From positions 102,300,001-102,364,000 of the forward strand of contig OX597819.1 of NCBI GenBank assembly GCA_951406725.2: DNA of 64,000 nucleotides, given 5' to 3'. The DNA comes from Octopus vulgaris (Eukaryota). The notes beneath the pieces were generated by a model that worked only from the letters and a program-made list of their open reading frames with translations, was not told where the DNA came from and searched no databases. Each line of letters begins with the position of its first letter. The stretch's first letter is position 1. Of this stretch, positions 28,417-43,052 are shown one piece after another. The translations under genes and the position numbers were made by a program.

Positions 28417-29690
28417 TGGATGGATAACTTAATAGCACCACCTGGTGAAGTGTTTTGGTCATATATAGGTCATCGTGGCCCACTCTAGAAAAGAGTTATT
28501 ATTCTTGGAGACATAACCGTGTGTAGGAGGTTGGTCCAGGATTTTTTGAAGAAATTTGTCCAATGAACTTTTGAATATTATGGAATCCGTTTCCGTTTTC
28601 ACGTATTTTGGTCTAAAATGATGTAATCTTCTCTTCAGGGAAAAGAAGAAATGAAACTCGCCAATAAGACATTTTAACAGAATATGACGGATATGTAGAG
28701 TTATTAACTGAACGCTATTAAGTTTGTTTTAAAAAAAAAATTTAGAGGATATAACGTAAAAGATAGCATATAGAATGAGGAGGGGTAAAGGAAAGAAAAA
28801 AACAAATAAATGAGAAGTAGATAACGATATGTAAATTAAATAGAAACGATATATCTAGTGAAAGTGAAATATAAGGAAATTAATGTTTAAATTAAATATA
28901 ATGATAGATATCACTTATATGAACTAAAGTTGTGTTTCTGCCAATGTTTACATCGGTATGCACGCTTTATAACCGTGTTTACAAGGGGGTTTATAGAAAA
29001 AAAAAAGAATAAAAAATAGTTCAGAATTACAGAGAAGACAGAATTCCTTGCCTTTATCAAAAGGTATCGAAATTGAGAGACTCAAGCAATCTAAATTAAA
29101 TTGTTTATTGTGGTCTTTTAGATGCCAAATTAATTTACTAAGCCTAGTACTGTTACGTTTATTCCTATCTCTAAATGTAGAGCAATGATTAGAAATTCTT
29201 TTAGATAACTGAGAAGATGAGCTGTCTATATTAGAAAATACTTCGTTACCAGAAGTAATTTTACACTGGTATATAGTTACTTGACAAAAACTTGATTCCG
29301 TTGTAAATGACTTCAGATAAAATAACCTTGTTATTAATATTTCTAGGGGGATAGATTGTATTAGCTAAATTAATGTTAGTATTAGTAAATATATCCCTAT
29401 TTAACAGGCTAATATTATGTGAAGAGATAAATTGTAAGAGATTTTTTTGTGTTGGATAAACCAATCTTAAATTGTGAGTTGATAATAGAGTAATACCTAG
29501 AATTCTTTGGGAAAATCCTAATAATAGCTTCACGAAATAGCAAAGGAAGATTAGATTTAATTTGCCTCCCATAAGGAGGCAAATGGTTTTACTATTAGTT
29601 ACCTTATTTTTAGTGTAACTATTTTGAAAGACATTTACCTTTAGAACGAAAATTGGGGTTTAAATAAGGGTTAACTCCCTACCTCTATAT
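28085..29690 (-). mobile_element. 5'-truncated Penelope-like retroelement (decayed GIY-YIG at 28925-29640, 3' region, pLTR with hammerhead-like motif)
   Basis: Minus strand LSKRISNHCSTFRDRNKRNSTRLSKLIWHLKDHNKQ...KEFCLLCNSE...RCKHWQKH; downstream motif tctttCTGTTGAagagcgtaggctcGAAACGTTaaaga at 28163-28200. Continuity across the microsatellite at 28260-28420 is inferred. Confidence 0.8.
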
Positions 29691-29869
29691 ATACATATAC
29701 ATATATAACACATATATAAATATATATACATATATACATATATGCTCCAGGATGACCGCAGTCAAATTACTCATACAAGTAAATGAATAAAAGAATAAAA
29801 GCAAGCGTTCCGACACGCTCCCGTCCGCAAGCAAGCAAACATTCACAGAGACACACTTTGATATATATT

Positions 29870-30133
29870 ATGTTGTTTATGGAAGACCAGCAATCGCCCA
29901 TGCATACCAGCCTCCCCTCTCCACGTCACCAGTGTTATCCAAGAGAAAGACAAAGGTCGATACACCTTGGCACCAGAGACGTCGCAACTCATTTCTACAG
30001 CTGAGTGAACTGGAGCAACGTGAAATAAAGTGCCTTGCTCGAGAACACAACACGCAGCCCGGTCCGGGATTCGAGCTCACAACCTCACGATCATAAGCTC
30101 GACGCTCTAACCACTGAGCCATGCGCCTTCACA
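29870..30133 (-). mobile_element. SINE family C
   Basis: gtgaaggcgcatggctcagtggttagagcgtcgagcttatgatcgtgaggttgtgagctcgaatcccgg: clear tRNA-like A and B boxes. Confidence 0.9.
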
Positions 30134-30622
30134 CTGTAAGATTAATAAGTTGTAGAATTATATGTATGCCAGTGTCTCTATGTGTGAAGCCATGTATACA
30201 TGTATGACTGTACATATTTGCATAGCAGATCGCATGTTTGTTGTTGCCGACGTTTTTGTGAGTATGTATGTGCATGTATAGGTGTGTTTGAATGTTGATA
30301 TGTTTTTCGGCTTCAGTGTGAAGTTGACAACGAGTTTCTCACAAAAGCAACTTTGATAGGAATTAGGTTCTTCTTACTTTGTCATTTAAATCCTGCTTAA
30401 AAATAGGTTTATCTCTCTCTTTCATTCTCTCTCTCACAAACACATACACACACAAACATACACACAGACACAAACGCACACACACTCTCTTACGCGCACT
30501 CTATCTCTCTCTCTCTTTCACATACTCTCTCTCATACATACACACACTCTCACTCTCTCTCACTCTCTCTCTCACATATCCACATGCACACATGCGTCCA
30601 CACACATACACATATATAATGA

Positions 30623-30860
30623 GGTGAAGGCGCGTAGCCTAGTGCGCTGGGGTGTTGCACTTACATCTTGAGATAATGGTTTCGATTCCCGATGCAGCCA
30701 AATAAGTCACTTATGGTTGCTCTACTTCACTTTCCTGCAAATGCGTAAACCTGCGACCGACTAGCCTCCTGTTCAGGGGAACTGTTTCCATCTGGACCAC
30801 TTCACTGTCACAGAAAGCGGATAACAGGTCCTGTAAATCAAAGGACTCCAGACAGTATAT
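30623..30860 (+). mobile_element. SINE family C, degenerate
   Basis: gtgaaggcgcgtagcctagtg...ggtttcgattcccg. Confidence 0.6.
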
Positions 30861-30901
30861 TTTATCTATTTATAAGAAGAAACAGGAACATTTATACACA
30901 A

Positions 30902-31296
30902 CTAGCAGTATCGCCCGGCGTTGCTCGGGTTGTAAGGGAAATAACTATATAAGCATTTTTAGAGAGTTATAGCCAAAAAATAGCAAAAAAATGCATTAAA
31001 AATTGAAAAAAAAATTAAGGTAAATTTTTTTTTTAAATCGTTGACACATCGTAGATATTTTTAGAGAGTTACTTCCCTTATATAAAAGAGAAAAAATGCA
31101 TTAAAATGGAAAAATATGATGGTAAATTTTTTTAAATCGTAGACTCATCGTAGACGCGCGCTAATACCCAGAAGGGCTCGATATGAATCACGACTATAAG
31201 ATACCCGCTTTTGGTTAAACTGCACCGCAAAATGTGGGAGTAGTTACGAATCTAAATCGTAGGAGACAGACACACAACTTCACTCTTATATAAAGA
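30902..31296 (-). mobile_element. Non-autonomous Helitron (395 bp)
   Basis: Minus strand A|TCtttatataagag...cccgagcaacgccggg (subterminal hairpin) cgatactg CTAG|T. It has 5' TC, 3' CTAG, an A^T target and no TSD. There is an internal ~100-bp tandem duplication. Confidence 0.88.
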
Positions 31297-32069
31297 TGCT
31301 TTTTTTTTCAGTCATAGAGTTAGATTTATGAAGGTCTTCAGTAGAAAATCCTTCGAATTCTGACTCGCTGCTTGATATAATGAAATTCGTATCCATTTTT
31401 TGTCAGAATTACAAATTTTGAAAACACAATAGGAACAAATTTCGGAAAAAAATCTCCCATAATTCACGGAATTAAAATTACACTTCGATTTTTGTACAAA
31501 ACTGTATTTGAAGTGTTTACGAAGTATAATACGTGTTTTCACGAATGTACTAAAGAGATTTACTCTGATATTCTCATTTAAATATGAATAGGTAAATTCG
31601 GGCGGTTTGGTAACGAAAGGGTTTATATAAGTGTCGTCTGTTTATACATAAACACTGTTTCATACTTTCAGTTTAGTCTTCCTCAAATCACTCTGTCGCT
31701 ATTTACTCTCTTCCAAGAACATTTTCACTCACTCTTATCTGTTAGCTTGCCATACATTTTACTCATGTATCTATCAGCGTGATAAACAGAAACAAATATT
31801 ACATCTAGTTTCACTTTATTCGTTGCACACTGTGTGTGTGCGTTTGCGTGTGCTGTAAACCAGACATTTGACATACACACCAGAATGTGAGTTTTCTGTA
31901 AATTTTGCTTAATTGGAGTTTAAATTTTAAAAACTGGACCTGGCAAAACCCGATGCATTCTACTCTTAAAAAATGCTAGGTAAATTGTAATTGAAGAAAT
32001 CCTATATTGTTGATTTCTATAACTGACAAAGGGAGGCAGATAAAATCTGCCTTTTATAATAAGAGATAG

Positions 32070-32475
32070 GTAGAGGCGTGGCTGTGTGGTAAGAATTTTG
32101 CTTCCCATCCACATGGTTCCGGTACCACCTACGGCAAGTGTCTTTCTGTTATAGACAAAGGTTGACCATAGTGTTGTGGGTGGAATTGGTAGACGGTAAC
32201 TGAAAGAAGACCATCGTATACATGTGTGTGTGTTTGACGTTGCGTATGTGTGTGACTTCGTGTGCGTGTTTGTCCCACACCACCGCTTATCAACCGGTGT
32301 TAGTATATTTACTTCCCCGTAAAATAGCGGTTCAGCAAAAGTAATCGATAGAATAAATACAGGGCTTCAAAGAAAAAAAAGTATTTGGATCGATTTGTTC
32401 CGAAAAAGAAAAAAAAAAATTCTTCAATGCCGTGCCCCAGCATGGCCGCAACCTGATGACTGAAACAAGAAAAGT
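32070..32475 (+). mobile_element. SINE family A
   Basis: aggcgtggctgtgtggtaag...gtgccccagcatggccgcaacctgatgactgaaacaag. Confidence 0.85.
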
Positions 32476-32494
32476 ATATTAATACATGTCCATA

Positions 32495-32730
32495 AAGTGG
32501 TTTCAAAGTTCGGCACATAGCCAGCAATTTCGGGGATAGAGGATAGGGGCTAGGGTTAAGTCGATTACATCGACCCTAGTCTTCAACTTGTGCTTATTTT
32601 ATCGACCCCAAGAGAGTGAAAGGCAAAGTCAAAACCAGCGGTATTTGAGCTCATAACGTGAAGTCGAAAGATAACGTGAAGTCGGAGTATTTTGTTGGGT
32701 GTATTAACGATTCTGCTAGCACAACGCTTT
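32495..32730 (-). mobile_element. SINE family B
   Basis: ttttatcgaccccaagagagtgaaaggcaaagtc. Confidence 0.7.
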
Positions 32731-32933
32731 ATTTACATGCATAGAAATTAAAAGTCAACAATTGAGTGTAACAAAGTGTTTCTTTTTGTGTCCATTTTTT
32801 TTTGTTTTTGTTTTTAATTACAAATGTCATTCAAGGTTCGAAAGTTTGATATGTATTATGCACGTAACCAACTAAGATTATGTTGCCTGTATTCGTTTGA
32901 AATTTACACATATGTACATATATAGGCATATTT

Positions 32934-32965
<32 letters not shown>

Positions 32966-32979
32966 CATGCATATATATT

Positions 32980-33760
<781 letters not shown>

Positions 33761-33763
33761 TTT

Positions 33764-33807
<44 letters not shown>

Positions 33808-33982
33808 TTTATATATATACAATTATATATATATGTGTGTGTGTATGTATATATCTGTATGTACATATTCCATATACTTGTACATATATAGTTAGTAAAA
33901 TATGTATAAATGCATATGTGTATACATACACGATGAAACGCACACACATGTCTCTGTGTGTGCGTATATATCTATATATCTA

Positions 33983-34056
<74 letters not shown>

Positions 34057-34082
34057 ATTATATATATGTATATATATATATG

Positions 34083-34135
<53 letters not shown>

Positions 34136-34479
34136 GTATATACATATGTATGTATATATATACAGATATGTATATATATAAATATATATGCATGCGTGTG
34201 AATGCATGGCTGCGCGTGCTTGGGTATGTATGTGCATGTTACTTTCGTGAGATCTATTCGTATAAACACCCATTTGGGATTGAAATACAACAACAAAATT
34301 CTTGCCGCATTCATTGCTCGTATCTTTTCCTTATCGAGTACAATGCAATACCACATACATACATCATATATATATACACACATAAATACATAACTATATG
34401 CATATATGCGTACGTATGTATATATATATATATATATGTATCTATATATAATATATATATGGACGCATGCAGATATATC

Positions 34480-34551
<72 letters not shown>

Positions 34552-35110
34552 TGTGTCTGTGTCTGTGTGTATGTGTGTATGTATTTATATATATATATAT
34601 ATATACAGATGCACATTATATATTTATGTACATGTGTATATGCATCTATATATTCTTTTATATGTGTATATAGACATGCTTACATATGTAAAGTTTGTAC
34701 TGTTGTCCTAAACAGAGGGTTATATAGGCGTTTATATACGTAATGCGCGCGTGAGTGCGTCTGTGTGTGTGTGTGCGTGTATGTGTGTCTGTGTGTCTGC
34801 CTCTCTGTCTGTCCGTCTGTGTCAATGTGCTTATATTGTGTGATATGTAATGCGCCGCTAAACCTCTCAATTCACTAACGACGTCTCAACGTCTGCCTCA
34901 CACTTTCATTCACAAGTTACCTCCAACCGCAACCAATACCGCTATTGCTGTATGGCTGTATTTGCTGTTCAACAGCTGCTACTGTGCGCATTCACGCAGG
35001 CACTCACGCACTAAATTCAGCGGTGCACACAAACATACACACACACACACACACACAAACACACTCGCTCACATGCGCGGAACTATACACGGATCCTTAA
35101 ATACATACAC

Positions 35111-35111
<1 letters not shown>

Positions 35112-35166
<55 letters not shown>

Positions 35167-35321
35167 CACTCTCTCTCTCTTTCTCTCTCTCTCTCTGCAT
35201 GAATCTATATATATATAGATATATATATAGATACATATATATATATATATATATAGCTATCAATCTATCTATCTTTCTATTTCTTTGCCTGTCTATCTAT
35301 CTATCTATGTATGTATGTATA

Positions 35322-35379
<58 letters not shown>

Positions 35380-35423
35380 GCTAGCTAGCTAGCTAGCTAT
35401 TTGTCTGTCTGTTTGTCTGTCTG

Positions 35424-35490
<67 letters not shown>

Positions 35491-35491
35491 G

Positions 35492-35554
<63 letters not shown>

Positions 35555-35557
35555 GTG

Positions 35558-35600
<43 letters not shown>

Positions 35601-35630
35601 ATATCTATCTATCTATCTATCTATCCATCC
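35112..35630. repeat. (TATC)n/(TGTC)n compound microsatellite
   Basis: Directly visible. Confidence 0.95.
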
Positions 35631-35749
35631 ACCTATCCATAATTCTTTATTTTATTCAACGTGCTAAATATATTTATATTCATACATTTATACATACGTA
35701 AATAAACGTACATACATACATATATGTTTGTGGGAGTATGTGTGTGTGT

Positions 35750-35790
<41 letters not shown>

Positions 35791-36067
35791 TGCGTTTGTG
35801 TGTGTGCCTGCATACAAGCACACTTATATATATATATATATATGTTTATATAGACATATATTTATACATACTTATATACATATCGAATATAGAGTGATGG
35901 CTGTAAGCCATAGTCAGAACGCCTCCAAGACTATGAAAAGATGACATGATAAAACGACTGGGACCCAATTTGGAAAGTAATGTAAATCTCACATACTTGG
36001 CGTGACGAACGGGAACGTGAAACTCTGAGTAACAGCTCTTGTTATATTTCTGCTGCTTTGAAATAAA

Positions 36068-36131
<64 letters not shown>

Positions 36132-36245
36132 TTGTTTTGACCATATCACGCTTGGAGATCTTTGGCGGGCAATTTAGGCTGGTCTTGTACATACGTGCAT
36201 ATATATGTATGTATAGGCGTTCGTGTATGTAAGTATAACGTATTT

Positions 36246-36286
<41 letters not shown>

Positions 36287-36621
36287 GTGTTTATGTGCTT
36301 TCTTGTATATTCAACTGAAGAAGGCAGAGCTTCTCTGAAGCAAAGTCAAAAACCCAGGATCTTGAATTATCCAGTAAAATCTTTTTTTGCTTTAGTTTAT
36401 TTTGCCTTTCCGTCTTCTCTCCTGGCGTGATATGAACATTCAAAGTGGTTTTAGTGTCAGGGTTTTTACTGCTATTTCAGCATGCTGGTATCTCTCAGAT
36501 AACCTAAATTATAGTTTAAAGGATTATTACCTTTGTATGGTATTTATTCCCATGCTGGCCACTAGATATGATCGATATATAAATATCAGTATTATACTTA
36601 TTTATAAATATATATATTCAA

Positions 36622-36864
36622 CTGGGGTCTGGGAAGCCAGAAGGTTGCACCAGGCCCAGTCTGATCTGGCAATGTTTCTACGGCTGGATGCCCTTCCTAA
36701 CGCCACTCCGTGAGTGTAGTGGGTGCTCTTTACGTGCCACCGACACAGGTGCCAGACGGGGCTGGCAAACGGCCACGGTCGGATGGTGATTTTTACGTGC
36801 CACCGGCACGGGGGCCAGGCGAGCCTGGCAACGGCTACGATCGGATGGTGCTTTTTACGTGCCA
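36622..36864 (-). mobile_element. GC-rich retroposon fragment with ~62-bp internal tandem repeat
   Basis: Minus ggcgttaggaagggcatccagccgtagaaac, a motif recalled from RTE-associated SINEs/UTRs; ggtg.t.tttacgtgcca recurs at 36722, 36785 and 36847. Confidence 0.7.
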
Positions 36865-36880
36865 ATATAATGCACAAGTG

Positions 36881-36912
<32 letters not shown>

Positions 36913-37129
36913 TGTATGTATATACTTACACGTCCACAAATATTACCTTGGTGTTCTACGAGGGCTAGAACGAATACGTACACTTTAATCTCAAACGACG
37001 GATAACACCACATCACAAGAATGGCAACGAAGAGCTGGTCTCTCTAGCTACTTGTTCTAAAGACTTGTTCTAAAGACCGGACTTGCATATCTAGACATGC
37101 TGATATATACTTAAATGATGAACTTCTAG

Positions 37130-37590
37130 CTTCTAGAATGTTTTACAAATGTTTACAATTCCGCTGGTGTTTTAGATTTGTCGTCTTCAAATGAGCTTTC
37201 TTCTTTCTGGATTTGAAAAGCCTAAATTCCCAAGATTGCTATTTAAGCAGTGTGTTACATATCCCAGTGCCCCAATAATTACTGGTATAAACGTGAGCTT
37301 GTAATCTGGATACAGTAACTTCAGATTTCTCAATAGTTCAGCGTAGGTATTCTCTTTTTCACTGATCTTATGCTTTATGTTCATTCCCGCCGGGCAGCTA
37401 ATTTCTACAACTGTACAATTTTCCTTCTTTATCCCAAATCATGATATCAGGCCTCTTGTGCTTACATTTTATTCAGGTTTTCACTGGGTCATTCCACGAG
37501 AACTCCTATTTATTATGAGTGCTTATGGCTTCTACCATACTGTGGGTTCTTATTTCATTGTACTCGGTTTCTTCTTTCGACAGATCTCAT
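37130..37590 (-). pseudogene. R4/Dong-like non-LTR retrotransposon restriction-like endonuclease fragment
   Basis: Minus KCKHKRPDIMIWDK...VEISCPAGMNIKHKISEKENTYAELL...FIPVIIGALG shows the PD-(D/E)xK REL pattern; it abuts (TATG)n. Confidence 0.85.
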
Positions 37591-37628
37591 GTATGTATGT
37601 ATGTATGTATGTATGTATGTATGTACAT

Positions 37629-37710
37629 CAGTGGTTCTGAACTGGGGTGCATATGACCCCTGAAGGTCCATATTAGATTTTTAGGTATCCACGCAACGAA
37701 GCAGTAAATC
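37629..37710 (+). mobile_element. hAT/Charlie-like MITE end
   Basis: Begins cagtggttctgaactgggg, similar to CAGTGGTTCTCAA-type TIRs; partner end not found. Confidence 0.4.
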
Positions 37711-37886
37711 TTGGAGTATATACACACCTACTCACCACACCACACCACACCACACCACACCACACACACACATATATTTATCTATCGAACTATCATCGTC
37801 GTTCTCGCACTATCTCTTTATATATATACGCACACATACACACATATATACGCCCGTATATATGCGTATGTGCGTATTTGCATATA

Positions 37887-37928
<42 letters not shown>

Positions 37929-37955
37929 GCGTATGTATATATTTATATATATATG

Positions 37956-38007
<52 letters not shown>

Positions 38008-38761
38008 AATTTTTTGGGTTTTCAAAGACAAAAAAATACATATTAAGAAATGTTATTTATTAGAAACCATTGCATGTTTCCGTAAGTTTCGCTCCATTCG
38101 TGCACATTCGGATTGAGTTCACTTGTAAATGTTTCACTTAGAGAAGATGTACCGAATAAACTCACTAAACTGTTACCAAACAACAGAAAATCATCACTTA
38201 TTTGTAGAAAGCGATAAAAAGTTAGCCGTAATTGTTAAAAAAAAAAAACTTTAAATAAAGAATGAGAAAAGGGAAAAAAATAGAAGACAGAAAAAGAACT
38301 AATTTCAGAAAATTAATTTGGTCTTTTTTAACAGACAAACTAACAACCTATATCAGCTGATCAAACAATTTGAAGTTCGATTAATCTTCGATAACGAGAG
38401 TCGATTATACAGAAACATGTCGGTAGATATATCACGAATCATGTCGATAGCCGTCACCCGAAACAGGTCTGTAGCGTTTCTCTTACCTGCAATCAAAGAT
38501 CAGATTTCCTGCAAAACACGTGAAATTAATTTGGTGAAAATATTTTATTCGCTTTATTTTTGTTTCTGAAATTGTCTCCTTATTTGAAAAGACGATAAGA
38601 ATTCTCGAGATGTTTTTGCAATTGTATCGGCAACTTAAAAAGAAAGCTACCATTTATAAAGAAAATTTTTGCTTACTTTATTCACTACATCACACGTTAA
38701 CAAACTTCATGTACCAGCGGTCCATGAACTGGCTTGTGTGTGTGTGTGTCTGTTTGTGTGC

Positions 38762-38797
<36 letters not shown>

Positions 38798-39559
38798 TTG
38801 TGCATATATATATATTTGTGCATGCATATATATGTGTGTGTGTGTATGTGTGTGTGTGTATGTACGTGTGTGTGCGTGTGTTTGTATCTATGTGTGTGTG
38901 CGTATGTGTGTATCTATGTATGTATATATGTGTGTGTGTATTTTTATACATAAATACACACACATGCAAACACACACATTTATAAATTTAAAGTACATGG
39001 TGCGTTTTAATTTTAAATTGTGCAGCAAATATTGAAATATATGTCTGTGATTATACACGCATACGTCTACTCTTATCTACACCCAAGGACACACACACAC
39101 ACACATGCGTTTTGTATAGATGGATATATGCATGGATACATTACATATACACACGTATATGTAATATATGTGCTTATACACTCACATACATACAGAAACT
39201 GGCATACATTCATATACGCGTATACGTACACAAGGTTACATTACGATGTAACGTGTTAACGTGGACATTATATAGTCATGTAGGGAGATTGCTGGAAACG
39301 TACATGGAATCAAATTGCTCCATCCTGGACGTGAAGCCAGATTTACTCTTCTCTATTCTGTTCTATATAGGTGTAGCTTTTCCTTTTTTCTTTATTTTGT
39401 TTTTCCGCCTCTTTCTCTTTCGCTTTTCTTCTGTTGTTGTTTCGACTTACTATTGCACTAGCTTTTCTGTGAATGTCGCTATTTCTTTTATATTCTTTCT
39501 CTGGGGTTTTTCCCCTTTCTTTTATTTCCACAGTGTTATGACGTCTCCGATGAGCGGGT

Positions 39560-40030
39560 AATTTGCAAATGCCGTCAGAACATTGGATATTTTCTGACAT
39601 TCGTTCCGGCTCTCTATGCTCTGAGTTCATATCCTGCCGAGGTCAGCTTTGTCTTTCATGATTTCGGAGATCGAGAGCTGCAGAGGTATGAATGTTTCCT
39701 ATGTTCTCAGCATAGCACTATCAACCCAAGCTAAAGCAACTCTAACGACTACAAAAAAAAAAAAAAAAAAAAAAAGGAGAGAGAGACCCAGCGAGAGCAT
39801 TAATACGTGGTCAATAGATTTGCTAGACATAACAGCTTAACAGCTATATAACTAGTTTTTCCCAATTATATTTTGCAATATTAAAGAAAGGACGCGTGGT
39901 GTGACATGTCCCTTCTTTATAGGGAAATAAAAAAAATCTATGACGTGTTTGTGTCGGCTGGAATGCATTTGATCATAGCGCTGTTAGATCAGGCTTGACC
40001 TGGGGCTAAACGACAACAACAAACAACAAC
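39560..40030 (+). mobile_element. Degenerate SINE (family B-like head, ggggctaaac(AAC)n tail)
   Basis: ctgagttcatatcctgccgaggtcagctttgtctttcat; tail gacctggggctaaacgacaacaac. Confidence 0.55.
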
Positions 40031-40236
40031 AGCAATAAATCAATCAAGCAAACAAATAAACAGTGAAGCAGTGAAGCAAGCAAAGCAGAAATTTCTACCC
40101 AAAGTAGCATTTTAGCATGAAAACTTGCCCAAAGTAGGCAGCGGCTACGCATGAGCAGAAAACCAAGATTGGAAATATAGAAATATCAATAGATCTTTAA
40201 ATATAGATGATGGTTTGACTTAATCACACTCACTCA

Positions 40237-40294
<58 letters not shown>

Positions 40295-41499
40295 CGCACA
40301 CATGCACGCACACACACACGCACGCGCATACACACTCATACACACAGGCAGGAACACGCATGCACATATATAATCTTTACGATTTTGATGTTGGACAAGC
40401 TGTCGAAATTCTTTTGCAAGAAAACCATTAACCAAAACACTAGAACACGAAAAACGAAAGCAAAAACGACATCAAGAAGAACAACACTAACAACTACAAA
40501 AATTACATGTAGTCATGCATAGGAATATTTATTTATTTATTCTCCATCTTCTTTTTCTTGTTGTTGTTGTTGTTGTTTTTGTTACGTTGGTGTAGCGTTT
40601 GGAGACTTGCGGTCGCAGATTCCTTAGAGCAAGGAAAAGACTTTAGTTCACCAGACCAAAATAAGCAGTGATCATGTATGAATACGTTAGTGTGAGCGCG
40701 TGTATGTGCATAGATACGTGTGTGAGTGATTTAAGGAGTGCGTGTATGTGTAATGTCCGTATGTGTGTGCGCGCGCGTGTGGGTATGAATGTATTATGTA
40801 GGCAGGTGCGAGCATGCATGTTTGTGGTGTGAACACATTCGTATATGCTTTAGCATATTTGTCCGTCGAAAAGAATGAGATTAACACACACACAGTCACA
40901 CACAGCTTCACACACACGCACGCACGCACACAAATGCACATAAAGATACACATGCACATGCACGCACACACACAAACACGCATGTGTGTTTCTGAATACA
41001 GACAATAAAATGCATATATATTTATATATCGTATTTATATTTCGCTTAGGTACAGTAATACTAATAATCTTGTGTGAAAATATATACACATGCTTCAGAA
41101 TAAACAGTTAGTTGGATACACAGTACTCAGATCTGAATGCAGAACATCTTAGAGCAGAAACTGTTGTAACCTAATGAAGACCATTGCATAATTTCCGGTT
41201 CCTTTGTCAGTAATTCAATTTCATATGCATGCATGTATGTATGTATGTATGTATGTATGTATGCATGTATGTATGTATGTATGTATGTATGTATATATGT
41301 ATATATGTATATATGTATGTATGTATGTATGTATGTGCGTATTGTTATGTACGTACATACATACATTCATACATACATCTATATACAATGGAATAATTAC
41401 GATGAAGCATTTTGTAGAATATATCGTATAAAGGATCGTGGGAAAGGCCAAAACAATCCGAAGTAAATGCAGGGTAAATCTCAAGAAAACAAATATGTG

Positions 41500-42240
41500 A
41501 ATTAATGTAGACTTACCTTGTATTCAATATTTTGAGGTTATGACCCCATTTTCAACAAACAGACGAATGTTGCCGATGTGCGTGTTTGTGAGCGTGGGTG
41601 TAGTGTACCTGCGCGAGAAGGTGTTGCTACAGCAACCAGCTAGCTTCCTGTAACTCTCTTCTGTTGTCGATTTTGTGGGGGTTTTTTCGCGTATGAGGAG
41701 GCCTCATAGATTCTAAGGTTGCCCCTGTTCTGCTGTTTGCCTTGATGTCCACTGTGAATTCCCGGGTCTGGCATTTCCGTAGGTGTTTCTTCACAGAAGT
41801 GTCTACCTGCGTGTGCTCTTTAATGCGTATATGCAGTTTTCCTGTCGCCCTTCCTATGTAGGATGCACCACATTTGCCACAGATGATCTCATATATAATA
41901 TACTTTCTCTGGCACAATTCAGGGTCATTGATAGAGTAGTTCGACAATGTGCACTCTTCAGAGAAGTGAGAAATTTTCTTGGACAGAGCTTTTCTCAGGT
42001 GTGTACTATCTGTATGTCGTGTTTTTCCCAGCGGACTGCGTGTTGTATTGCTGCAGTAGTGCTGTCATCAAAGTGTGGTAGCGTTAGGAAACACGTGTCA
42101 GACTTGAGAGTATGATGGTTCTTCCGGGTTTTATTGACCATGATGTTCTTTAGGTGCCGTTATGCAGCTAAAGATGGTGGGTAGTCATTCAGGGTTAGGT
42201 CTCTGAGGAACTGTTTGATGTTGACGGCTTTTTCGGTCAC
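41500..42240 (-). mobile_element. Penelope-like GIY-YIG fragment with terminal region
   Basis: ORF 41627-41947: CQRKYIIYEIICGKCGASYIGRATGKLHIRIKEH (IIY...C..C...YIG...R..EH). Confidence 0.85.
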
Positions 42241-42354
42241 GTTGCTGCAATTGTTGCTGATACATGCAATCTCGATTTTGCACATATAAAACATATACAT
42301 ACAAACACAAACAACAAATTTCATACTCACACTTACATACTACATAAAATACAC

Positions 42355-42603
42355 GCAGGTCGCAGAGAAGGCCTCGACATACAGATAGTGCATACCGGCC
42401 CTTCCCTGAAAAAAAGTTTCTCTCCAAGAACAACACCGCTCACTTCTCCGAGGAGTGCACATTATCGAACTGCTCCATCGATGACCCTGAATTGTGCCAG
42501 AGGACCTACGCTGTATATGAGATCATTTGTGGCAAATGTGACGCATCCTACATACGAAACATGACAAGAAAATTACATATATGCGTTAAGGAACACATGC
42601 AGA
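42355..42603 (+). mobile_element. Inverted, diverged partial duplicate of the adjacent GIY-YIG fragment
   Basis: gatgaccctgaattgtgccagag...tatgagatcatttgtggcaaatgtgacgcatcctacata is the reverse complement of about 41805-42040. Confidence 0.85.
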
Positions 42604-42984
42604 CATATTGTGTGCACTAGTATGGGTTCACATAATTATATTCAAGTGTGGGCCAGGGCATAAGTTGGGATGTGTAGTGTATGACGAAAATTGAATGTAT
42701 ATTTATCTATAACTTCGTGAGTGATGATTACTTAGGTGCGCTATTATTTGAATCCTGTTTAGTACTTACCAGTGGTATACGTACATGTCGATATCTTATG
42801 CGCATGACGTAAGAAAATGGGTACATAAAACTCGTGCTTAAGTCGAATTTGTGACTGAACGCTAGTTTTAAATGCAGGTATAGCCTCCTAAATGAAGATT
42901 GACTGTAGGCAATGTGTTATAAATATACTGATTTTGTGAGGATATATGTATACTCTATCAGTGTATAATATATGTGTGTGTGTT

Positions 42985-43052
<68 letters not shown>

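Noticed and set aside
30055-30133. tRNA-like sequence on the minus strand
   Set aside because: It continues directly into a SINE body shared by several copies and lacks a clean acceptor stem; it is a SINE head, not a tRNA gene.
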